The notes beneath the pieces are model-generated. The model was not told the origin of the DNA. It saw only the letters and a list, made by a program, of their open reading frames with translations, and did no database searches. Shown here in pieces: positions 56,642 through 64,000 of a stretch of 64,000 nt of DNA; position 1 is the first letter of the stretch, and the number at the start of each line of letters is the position of its first letter. This DNA comes from Candidatus Saccharicenans sp. (GTDB taxonomy: Bacteria; Acidobacteriota; Aminicenantia; Aminicenantales; Saccharicenantaceae), in contig JANLFU010000002.1 of the NCBI GenBank assembly GCA_024653215.1, positions 147,337-211,336 on the forward strand, given 5' to 3'. Made by a program: the position numbers and the translations under genes.

Positions 56642-58900
56642 ATGAGAAAAGTTCCCGCCCTGGTACTGGTTCTTACCGGATTGATCATTTTTTTGGCCGG
56701 CTTCACTCTGAAACCGGATAAAGCTTCAGCCGAAGCTATCTCTCCAGGACTGGATGTAAAAATTCCGGCCCTGCGTTTTAAGCCCGGCGACAGGGTTTCG
56801 GTTGAGGTTGTCCTGCCCGGCGGCCGGCTGACCGGAGAGGTTCCTCTGGAAGTCTGGTTGCTTCGCCCGTCAGGAAGGCCGCTTAAACTTAACCTTAACC
56901 CGGAAGGAAAGAAGCTTGCCTCGCCGGCCAAAACGGGCTTCCGGACAGAAATTGAACTTGAGCCGGATTCTCCCGAGGGACTTTATGTCATAACCGCTTA
57001 CGCTCAAATCGGGCGGAAAAAAGTTGCGGCCAAAGCCAGCTTCCTTGTGGGAAGCCTGGTCGGCGACTTTATGATAGTCAACTACCTGGACGGCGAAAGC
57101 CCGGACGCCCTGGAACAGGACCTCAGGAGTTATTTCCGTAAATTCAAGGGAATCGGTGGCAACCTGGTCATCGTCCACAGCCTGATCACCCCCGAAAAGG
57201 CATTTTATCCTTCAGCCATCTGCGGGAAAGCGGCTGCGAAAGGAAGCGCCGACGACCGGGTTGGCCTGGCCCTCCGCCTGGCCGCCGAGTACGGTCTGGC
57301 CTGCTTTCTGAGCGTCAGCTGGGATATGACCAGGGAAATGCCCCAGTCGGAATTCCTGGAAAGCACCAGAAAAATCATGGCCGAACTCTGGTCTCTCTAT
57401 GGCTTCGAACCTTCGCTGGCTGGATTTTACAGCTACCAGGAAGGAAGCGGTACCTACCTGGCCTGGCAGATGAGGGAATTTGCGGCCGCGGCCAAGGCCC
57501 TGAACCGGGGCCTGCTGGTTTCCTGCTCTCCCTATATCGACGACCCCCTTCTGGCCGGTTACCTGGCGGCCATTGACGACCTGGACATTGTCATCTACCA
57601 GGGCGCGGTCATGGCTTCCTACCGCCCTGACAATCGCCGCTGTTTCCCGCTCCGCCGGGTGAAGGATTTTGCCAGCCTGAGCGCCGGGGCCACCCGGGTC
57701 AGGAATAAAATCACCCTGTCTCACGTCGAACTTTTCGGTTACCTGGAAAAGAAATATGCCGGCGAGTACCTGGCCAGTCCGAAAGATATTGAAGGACAGA
57801 TTTTAAGCGCGGCCGCCTGCCACGGGCCAGAAGGAATAGTCTTTTTTACCTGGCATTACAACATTCACCACATGGGCAAAAAGCTCCCGGCGGTGGCCGA
57901 TTGTGAGATGGCAGTCAGAGAGGGCCTGGCCGCCTTCAGGCAGGTCGCCGGCAAGGCGGCGGCCGCTTCCAGCCACGTCGGACTTTACCTTCCATACAGC
58001 GACTGGTGGTGCGACCGCTGGGTTAACAACCTGGTGCCGGCCCTGGAGGCCTTCAGGATTCTGGGAATAAGCCCGGATATCATTCCTTTTGTGCCGCCGC
58101 GTGGGGAAGAAATTCTGCCTTACTATCCATACAAAATGAACAAAGAACAGCTGGATTTCCTTTTAGCCAACCGCTATGTGCTGGTCTTGCCGGATATTGC
58201 CGGGCTGCAGGATACTGATAGCCGGTTGATCAAAGAATTCGTCAGCCAGGGAGGAGTGGTCGTCCTGTTTGGTCCGCATATTCCCTATGGTGATGGGTGG
58301 GAGCGACAGGAACTATACGGAGCCAGCGAAGAACAACCGAGGATTCAGGGTTCCCTGGTTATAAAAAAAGAGATGGGGCCGAGGCTCAGGCCCGGCGACC
58401 GGCTGGTATTACCGGCCGATGAAGTAAGCTCCTGGAAGGCCACGAGGGCAGCTGTCCTGGCCACCTTTGGGGATGGTAGGGGAGCGGTGCTGGCCAGCGA
58501 GTACGGCCGGGGGCTGGTAGTAATAGTCCCTTTCAGCCTGTCTCCAAAGACCGCATCCTGGCTATCGCTCAGGGCCCTAATTCTTGATATCCTGGACCTG
58601 GCCCTGGACAGACTGGAAATCAGGAGGCATTTTGAGGTCACCTGCACCCCGGCCATCCGTCTTGATGATATAGCCGAGGCCGAGGTGGGCGGGGTAAGCT
58701 ACCTGGCCGTGATGCGCTATGAAGGATTCGGCGTTTCCTTCATCCTGAAATTGTTGAATCTAAGGCCCGGGGTCAATTACCTCCTGAAAGACGAGCTAAG
58801 CGGAGAGACTATTGCTGAGTTCAGCGGGCAAAACCCTCTGGATAAATACCTGGAATTTGCTGACCGGAGGTTTGTCCTTCTATCCCTGGCCGAGAAATAA
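56642..58900 (+). CDS. Secreted hypothetical protein (possible glycoside-hydrolase-like TIM domain + GATase1-like domain)
   Basis: AGGAGG Shine-Dalgarno and a signal peptide. VLVLPDIAGLQDTDSRLIKEFVSQGGVVVLFGP resembles beta-galactosidase trimerisation/ThuA-type modules. The assignment is weak. Confidence 0.4.
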   Translation: MRKVPALVLVLTGLIIFLAGFTLKPDKASAEAISPGLDVKIPALRFKPGDRVSVEVVLPGGRLTGEVPLEVWLLRPSGRPLKLNLNPEGKKLASPAKTGFRTEIELEPDSPEGLYVITAYAQIGRKKVAAKASFLVGSLVGDFMIVNYLDGESPDALEQDLRSYFRKFKGIGGNLVIVHSLITPEKAFYPSAICGKAAAKGSADDRVGLALRLAAEYGLACFLSVSWDMTREMPQSEFLESTRKIMAELWSLYGFEPSLAGFYSYQEGSGTYLAWQMREFAAAAKALNRGLLVSCSPYIDDPLLAGYLAAIDDLDIVIYQGAVMASYRPDNRRCFPLRRVKDFASLSAGATRVRNKITLSHVELFGYLEKKYAGEYLASPKDIEGQILSAAACHGPEGIVFFTWHYNIHHMGKKLPAVADCEMAVREGLAAFRQVAGKAAAASSHVGLYLPYSDWWCDRWVNNLVPALEAFRILGISPDIIPFVPPRGEEILPYYPYKMNKEQLDFLLANRYVLVLPDIAGLQDTDSRLIKEFVSQGGVVVLFGPHIPYGDGWERQELYGASEEQPRIQGSLVIKKEMGPRLRPGDRLVLPADEVSSWKATRAAVLATFGDGRGAVLASEYGRGLVVIVPFSLSPKTASWLSLRALILDILDLALDRLEIRRHFEVTCTPAIRLDDIAEAEVGGVSYLAVMRYEGFGVSFILKLLNLRPGVNYLLKDELSGETIAEFSGQNPLDKYLEFADRRFVLLSLAEK

Positions 58901-58981
58901 AAAACCGGGAGATGGTCCGGTCAGCTGGAATAAATAATAGAGATAAAAAAATGGGCTGAATTTGACCTGTCGGCTAACCGG

Positions 58982-59005
58982 ATATATGAATGGCCATTCA
59001 TATAT
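58982..59005. repeat. Perfect 24-nt palindrome ATATATGAATGG|CCATTCATATAT
   Basis: It lies between convergent genes and shares the ATATATGAA/TTCATATAT arms with 41389..41414. Confidence 0.7.
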
Positions 59006-59161
59006 TATTCAGGTCTTATCCTGACTTTCCGGTCGATTTGGCCGCAGGCGAGCTGGAATGTGGCGTGGCTGGAATCTCCATCTGTTTAAGATTTTGCAGT
59101 TATATGTAGTCCGGTTCTGGGCAGATTTTCGGCCCTTCCTTGAGCGGCCGAGCCTGGATAT

Positions 59162-60484
59162 CTATTTTTCTTCCAGTGCCTTGAGCAGACGACGGCCGGT
59201 CCGGAGGAGAACAGTCTCCACTTCCGGCGCAAAATTAAAGCTTCCGTAGAACTTGGGAGCGCAGTAGCAGGCATAATCATTCCTGGTCTTGTAGGCTTCC
59301 CTGGTAGGAAGGTAACCGATATCACCGTTGGCATAGCCGACGGTCATCAGCTCCGGGAAGCTAGCCCTCAGCTTGAGGCCCAGGCCGCAGAAGGCTTCTC
59401 CCGGAAAACCGATAATTTTGAGCCCACCCACGGCCAGGGCCTGGATCGGGACATTTTCCAGCCAGGGGGAGCGGAGGCAGCGGTCATGAATTTTTTGCAC
59501 CTTTTTCTTCCAGATCTGGATGACCCGGCCCGCGTTGGGAAACTGCCGGTTGGCCTCTCTGGCCGCGGCCACTTCCTTTTCGAGATCTCTTTTCGGGAAA
59601 ACCGATAGGGGCAACCTGATTCTTTCTTCGACCGCTTCCAGGTTGATATCAGGAGAGAAAGAAGCATATTTCAGAGACTTCATGGCCCGGGAGGCAATTA
59701 TCTGGCCGCAGAGTTCGTAGTCTTCCCTGGTGTGGCCGAGGCGCCGGTTGAGATAGCTCACCGGGTCTATGTCGCCACAGAATCCCTGAAGGACCAGGGC
59801 CCGGTGGCCGGATTTTTCTAGGGCCCTGGCCGCAGCCCCGGGCCAGTCGGAAGAGATTTCCCGGCCGGGTCCCAGGGTTACCGGGTGGCAGGCATAATTC
59901 AAAAGAAAGATAGAGTGGTCCTTGAGTTTGAAAATTCCAGTCCTAAGCCAGGGGTCAATTTCGGAAAAATCATTCAGCCGGCGGTTGTAACCGATGGGCT
60001 CAACTGCCTCAAGGTGATGGCCGAACGAGGCTTTTTCGGCCGAGGAATAAGCTTTAAGGCTGGCTTCGAGGATGGCTTCGGGTAGAGAACGGACATAGGC
60101 GTGGTTGATCTGGCCCAGGCCGGGGAGGGGCTGGACAGCCGGTCCGGAATGAGTGTGGGTGCAGGCCAGAAGCACCTGGCTTGAAGATAGCTTCAGGGCG
60201 AAGGCCAGTTGTTGCCTGACTCGGTCGGAGAAGTCCACGCTTAAGCCCAGGAGGTCCAGGCTGACCAGGAGCAGAGCTGCTTTTCGGTTTTCAAGGTAGA
60301 GGGCCCGGGCTTTAAGCTGGTCTTTGACCGCGGTGGCCAGACGGTCCAGGTAAAAACCGAAGCCGGCCAGGTCGGTGCCGAGGGGAGGCGTGATGGTTTC
60401 TTCTCCGTAGCCGGCCAGCAGGTAATCTCTTTTGGCGGGTGATTTTTGTGTCTTCATCTCTGGTTCATTTGAGGTTAAATTCAT
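59162..60484 (-). CDS. Neutral/alkaline ceramidase-like hydrolase
   Basis: GYGEETITPPLGTDLAGFG...ARALYLE...LLVSLDLLGL...THTHSGP is characteristic of the neutral ceramidase N-domain. Confidence 0.55.
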   Translation of the reverse strand: MNLTSNEPEMKTQKSPAKRDYLLAGYGEETITPPLGTDLAGFGFYLDRLATAVKDQLKARALYLENRKAALLLVSLDLLGLSVDFSDRVRQQLAFALKLSSSQVLLACTHTHSGPAVQPLPGLGQINHAYVRSLPEAILEASLKAYSSAEKASFGHHLEAVEPIGYNRRLNDFSEIDPWLRTGIFKLKDHSIFLLNYACHPVTLGPGREISSDWPGAAARALEKSGHRALVLQGFCGDIDPVSYLNRRLGHTREDYELCGQIIASRAMKSLKYASFSPDINLEAVEERIRLPLSVFPKRDLEKEVAAAREANRQFPNAGRVIQIWKKKVQKIHDRCLRSPWLENVPIQALAVGGLKIIGFPGEAFCGLGLKLRASFPELMTVGYANGDIGYLPTREAYKTRNDYACYCAPKFYGSFNFAPEVETVLLRTGRRLLKALEEK

Positions 60485-60740
60485 TAAATTAATAAAATAA
60501 AATGAATCGAATTATAATGCCAAGTTGAATTTATACCAGTTTTGTAATTTATTCCAGCCTGTGCGGGCTGATTTGACAATAGGGAGATGGGGGAGCCTTG
60601 GCCGCTCTGGTTAAAATCGGCCGAACGGGTTTCAGAATTTGCCTTGGCCCCGGTCGGGCGGTCTAAAAGCAAATTAAAAAGGGCAGGTCTGGGACTTGGT
60701 TTCCAGAATATGTTGGCGGCTAGCTTGATTCTTAAATTTT

Positions 60741-61523
60741 TTAGGGCAAGACCAGGGCCAGGGTTCGCTGCCAGAACTCGTCGTACTTATCCCAGAAGAC
60801 GAAGTTACAACCCCAGTGGGGAGCCGGGTCCGAGGTAAAGGCCACCACCCGGCCGCGGCCGAAATTCAGGACGGCCAGGAGCGGGTCGCCGGTTTCTTTA
60901 ATCTTCAGGAGAAGGTCGGCTTCCTGTCGCGGAAGCGTTTTGTTATAGCCGAGAAGGGGCGGGAGCAGGTTGAAATCTATTCCGGGATAGGCCTTAAGGC
61001 CGCTATCGGTGGCTTCGGCCCTGAAACCTTCGGTCGTCTCCACCAGGTCCTCGAAGTCCAGGCAGCGCACCGGGAGCAGCTCGGCCAGGCGCGAACGGCC
61101 CCAGCCGCCCTTACCCTGTTCACCGGTGAACGAATACCAGCCGCCGAGGAACATGGCCCCTTTGCCGGCCCGGACCGCTTCCAGGGTCAGGCGTATCCTA
61201 TCGGGGAAAGTCAGGACCTTCTGGCCGAACTTTTCGCGGTCAAAAAAACTGGGGGCCAGTTGAAACAGCCGGGCATCGATATCGCTGAAGATCAGCACAT
61301 CGTAAGTTTCCAGTATTCGTTCATAGTCGCCGGGTCCCAGCTTGTTGTAGAAATCCCAGGCCGGGACAGATTCCACCTGGTGGCCTCCTCTTTCCAGTGC
61401 GCTCTTAAGCCAGTGCCCGTAGTTGTAAATATCCAGGCCTTTTGGTGAATGGTAAAAAGGAGTTTCCGCAAAAACCGGTCCGGTCAGGATGGCCCAATCG
61501 CCCACGTAGTATATTCTGGCCAA
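60741..61523 (-). CDS. GATase1-like (ThuA/DUF1355-like) cytoplasmic protein
   Basis: TTG start follows GGAGGAGGTGG. The assignment rests on MARIYYVGDWAILTGPVF...DVLIFSDI and is weak. Confidence 0.35.
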   Translation of the reverse strand: MARIYYVGDWAILTGPVFAETPFYHSPKGLDIYNYGHWLKSALERGGHQVESVPAWDFYNKLGPGDYERILETYDVLIFSDIDARLFQLAPSFFDREKFGQKVLTFPDRIRLTLEAVRAGKGAMFLGGWYSFTGEQGKGGWGRSRLAELLPVRCLDFEDLVETTEGFRAEATDSGLKAYPGIDFNLLPPLLGYNKTLPRQEADLLLKIKETGDPLLAVLNFGRGRVVAFTSDPAPHWGCNFVFWDKYDEFWQRTLALVLP

Positions 61524-61588
61524 GGTTCCACCTCCTCCGGCCTATTCTATGTCAGGCTCGGCGGTTGAAGCAACAGGAAGGTGGTAGC

Positions 61589-61684
61589 GGGGACACCTTT
61601 AAGTGTCCCCGTTTTGGGGCTTGTGCCAACAGGCAGGACTCTATTCGGATTAAGGCAAAAAAGGGGACACCTTTAAGTGTCCCC
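61589..61684. repeat. Doublet palindromic repeat, copy 7
   Basis: GGGGACACCTTTAAGTGTCCCC occurs at both 61589-61610 and 61663-61684. The spacer contains GCCAACAGGCAGG. Confidence 0.9.
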
Positions 61685-61687
61685 TGT

Positions 61688-63208
61688 TTATTTGGAGATG
61701 GTTTTGAGCAGGGTGCCGGCCGGGACCTTGTCGGCGAGTTCCATGGAGTTCATGATCGCTAACTGTTTCTGGCGGGCTTCATCGTACCCGTATCCCTTTA
61801 AGATATTGGCCAGGGTGTCGGTCCGGGCCACCTTTACTATTTTAATTTTTTCCGGAGTGACGTTGATCCGGGCCGGGTCGGTCAGGGGCTTGAAGCTACC
61901 GAGCGTGCCCGAAAAAACCTGGGCGTAGCTATTAAAGCGGCTGCTTTCGGTGTAACCCAGGAACATCAGAACCCGGTCGCCCTTCTGGATGAAGTGGGCC
62001 AGCCCGGTCAGGTTACCTTCCTCGGTCTGAAGCGTGAACTGCAGTCGCCTGGTCAGAAAGCCGTTGATGGTCTGGCTGTCGGAACCAACCACGTTGACCT
62101 TGTTCTGGCTGACAAATTGTTGGGCGGCCTCGTCCGGGGTCTTGCCTTGGGCAAAGGTTAAGACCATGGCCGCGTCTTGCTTGTCGGAAATTATCTGCAC
62201 CTGGGAGGCAGTGTTATTAACTTTCCAGTTGGCCGGAACCGGGAATTGAAAGGTCATCTGGGGATGGTAGAAAACGTTGTCCTTGACGTAACCCTGCCTG
62301 GGGTCTTCTCCGAAAATCAGCCCGTCGAGCCTGGCCAGGTATTCGTTGCGGTTAACAGATAGTTTGGCTCCGGGATTGGCTGCTTGCCACTCGGCCGCGG
62401 CTTTCTTGATGGCTTCAATCCGGTCGGGCGGGTCGGGATGGGTGGAGAGCCAGGTGGGCAGGCCATCTCTTCCGGACTGGGGATTGAGCTTCTGCAGGGT
62501 GATGAACATGTTGGACATCCGGGTGGCCTCGTAGCCGGCTTTCGAGGAGTACAGCACTCCGAGGTCATCGGCCTGTCTTTCGTGGTCCCGGCTGAAGCTG
62601 AGGAAAAGAACTGTTAACCCGGCCTGGGCCAGCCCGGCAAACTGGCGGAAGGTCTTGCTCAGGGCCGCCCCCAGAACCAGGCCGACCTGGGCCACCTGGG
62701 CCTGGCTGTACATCTTGGCACTGTGGCGGGCGGTGACGTGACCGATTTCATGGCCCATAACCCCGGCCAGCTCGGCTTCGTCGTTAAGGTAGGCCAGGAT
62801 TCCCCGCGTCATGTAGACAAAACCGCCCGGGACGGCAAAGGCATTGACCACCGGGCTGTCCAGAACCTGGAAGTGGAATTCCAGGTCCGGCTGGTGGCTG
62901 ACCGCGGCCAGCTTCTTGCCCACGCCCGAGATGTACTGGTTAAGGTTGGCGTCAGGGTAAACCCCATAGGTGCTGGTGACTTCAGCATCGGTCTGCTGGC
63001 CCAGGGCTATTTCGTCCGAGCGGCTGAGCAGCATCAGTTCCCGCTTCTGGGTAACCGGGTTGACGGCGCAGGAAAACCCGGTAATGGTCAGGAAAGCAAT
63101 CAACAGCCAGCAGGTGATTCTGAGAAATTGCGGCTGACGGCCTGAATCTTTTTTGGACAAACCCTTTTTATTAGAAAAGAATTCGGTAGTTGGTTTATTT
63201 ACTTTCAT
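61688..63208 (-). CDS. M48-family zinc metalloprotease (BepA/YfgC-like)
   Basis: HExxH context GVMGHEIGHVTARH and a signal anchor. ATG 63208 follows AGGAGGGG. Confidence 0.85.
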   Translation of the reverse strand: MKVNKPTTEFFSNKKGLSKKDSGRQPQFLRITCWLLIAFLTITGFSCAVNPVTQKRELMLLSRSDEIALGQQTDAEVTSTYGVYPDANLNQYISGVGKKLAAVSHQPDLEFHFQVLDSPVVNAFAVPGGFVYMTRGILAYLNDEAELAGVMGHEIGHVTARHSAKMYSQAQVAQVGLVLGAALSKTFRQFAGLAQAGLTVLFLSFSRDHERQADDLGVLYSSKAGYEATRMSNMFITLQKLNPQSGRDGLPTWLSTHPDPPDRIEAIKKAAAEWQAANPGAKLSVNRNEYLARLDGLIFGEDPRQGYVKDNVFYHPQMTFQFPVPANWKVNNTASQVQIISDKQDAAMVLTFAQGKTPDEAAQQFVSQNKVNVVGSDSQTINGFLTRRLQFTLQTEEGNLTGLAHFIQKGDRVLMFLGYTESSRFNSYAQVFSGTLGSFKPLTDPARINVTPEKIKIVKVARTDTLANILKGYGYDEARQKQLAIMNSMELADKVPAGTLLKTISK

Positions 63209-63352
63209 GGCCCCTCCTGATTGTTGCTTCAATTTAAATTATAACAATCCTGGCCGTCATGTCCATAAGAATCTTATGTGAACATAATATGCATCTGGGC
63301 GTTGGTAGCTCCGGCTGGCAGGTTGGTCAGTCCGGCTCGGGTGCGGCCAAGA

Positions 63353-63448
63353 GGGGACACCTTAAGGTGTCCCCGATTTTGGACTGGCTATAACAGGCGG
63401 GAGCTAAAATCAATTCAACCAAAAAAGGGGACACTTAAAGGTGTCCCC
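63353..63448. repeat. Doublet palindromic repeat, copy 8 (in a divergent intergenic region)
   Basis: GGGGACACCTTAAGGTGTCCCC (63353-63374) and GGGGACACTTAAAGGTGTCCCC (63427-63448). The spacer contains GCTATAACAGGCGGG. Confidence 0.9.
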
Positions 63449-63524
63449 TGTTGATTCGGGTCGGAAAAAATTGGTTGAAATGTAGCCGGGATTGAGGAAA
63501 AATTGGCTGGCAAAGGTGAAGACC

Positions 63525-64000
63525 ATGAGTGAAAAGAATCGGCTGAGCCCGGCCGGAACCAGAACTTACACGCGGATTTTTAATTTTATCTTTTTTCTGG
63601 CTCTTGTTTTCGTTTTCCTTTTTGAGCTGGCCTGTTCATCTGCCCCGTCCGGAGAAACCGAACTTAAGGTCATGACCTTCAACGTGCGTTTTGACAATCC
63701 GGCTGACGGCCAGCACAACTGGAAATTCCGCCGGGAGGCGGCGACTCGCCTGATACAAACTCTCCGGGTAGACCTGCTGGGAACGCAGGAGGTGCTAAAC
63801 AATCAACTTGAAGATTTCCTGGAAAAACTGCCCGGGTATGGATATATCGGTGTCGGAAGGGAAGACGGCCGCACGGCCGGCGAGTACAGCGCCGTCTTTT
63901 ATCTCAAGGAGAGGTTCCTGCCGGTCAAATCAGGAAATTTCTGGTTGAGCCAGACCCCGGAAATACCCGGCTCCAGGGGCTGGGATGCAGCCTGCGAGAG
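63525..64000 (+). CDS. Endonuclease/exonuclease/phosphatase (EEP) family protein, 3' end outside the window
   Basis: My own translation: MSEKNRLS...lipobox LACSS...LKVMTFNVRFDNPADGQHNWKFRREAA...DLLGTQEV. It is open to the window end, which is why it is missing from the ORF table. Confidence 0.6.
   Translation, partial: MSEKNRLSPAGTRTYTRIFNFIFFLALVFVFLFELACSSAPSGETELKVMTFNVRFDNPADGQHNWKFRREAATRLIQTLRVDLLGTQEVLNNQLEDFLEKLPGYGYIGVGREDGRTAGEYSAVFYLKERFLPVKSGNFWLSQTPEIPGSRGWDAACE

Noticed and set aside
45032-63448. The GGGGACAC...GTGTCCCC palindromes as a CRISPR array
   Set aside because: There are only two repeats per locus. The 52-53-nt sequences between them are conserved between loci, so they are not unique spacers. 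The loci are separated by ordinary genes, and no cas genes are present.

Overview
The window comes from a GC-rich bacterial chromosome (roughly 58-60% GC by eye). Its core genes look Acidobacteriota/Aminicenantes-like: a TIGR03436-type VWA protein, two DUF5916/CBM9-like outer-membrane proteins, PEGA and NHL proteins, and several secreted glycosidases. It splits into two parts.

(1) About 1.15-24.65 kb is an AT-richer, compositionally mosaic accessory (defence) island. It starts exactly at the 3' end of a tRNA-Asn(GUU) gene, and that tRNA is itself split by a 250-nt group I intron. In order, the island carries:
- a GIY-YIG/DUF4357 gene bracketed by a 42-bp duplication of the tRNA 3' end;
- a HicA-HicB-SecB-like tripartite toxin-antitoxin-chaperone module;
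- a type I R-M operon in which a 1232-aa protein (unknown N-domain, RecD2-like helicase, PD-(D/E)xK-like C-domain) sits between hsdM and hsdS, with all four genes joined by overlapping stop/start codons;
- an orphan HExxH-domain::HicA fusion;
- a wHTH + Upf1/DNA2-like helicase + DUF559 nuclease;
- two orphan membrane proteins;
- a NACHT/STAND NTPase with pentapeptide repeats.
No integrase, transposase, CRISPR array or phage structural gene is visible in the island.

(2) About 24.7-64 kb is core chromosome. It encodes GH27 and GH84 glycosidases, a neutral ceramidase, a DUF2334 deacetylase, an M48 protease, an acyl-CoA ligase, a racemase, a dehydrogenase and others. Its intergenic regions hold a palindromic repeat family with stem GGGGACAC/GTGTCCCC. 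Eight ~96-nt doublets have a fixed 74-75-nt hairpin spacing, and at least six single hairpins share the stem. The family is absent from the island.

The best candidates for something undescribed are the R-M-embedded helicase-nuclease gene, the HExxH::HicA fusion, the NACHT plus membrane-protein cluster, and the doublet repeat. All functional calls rest on motifs read by eye and no database search was possible.
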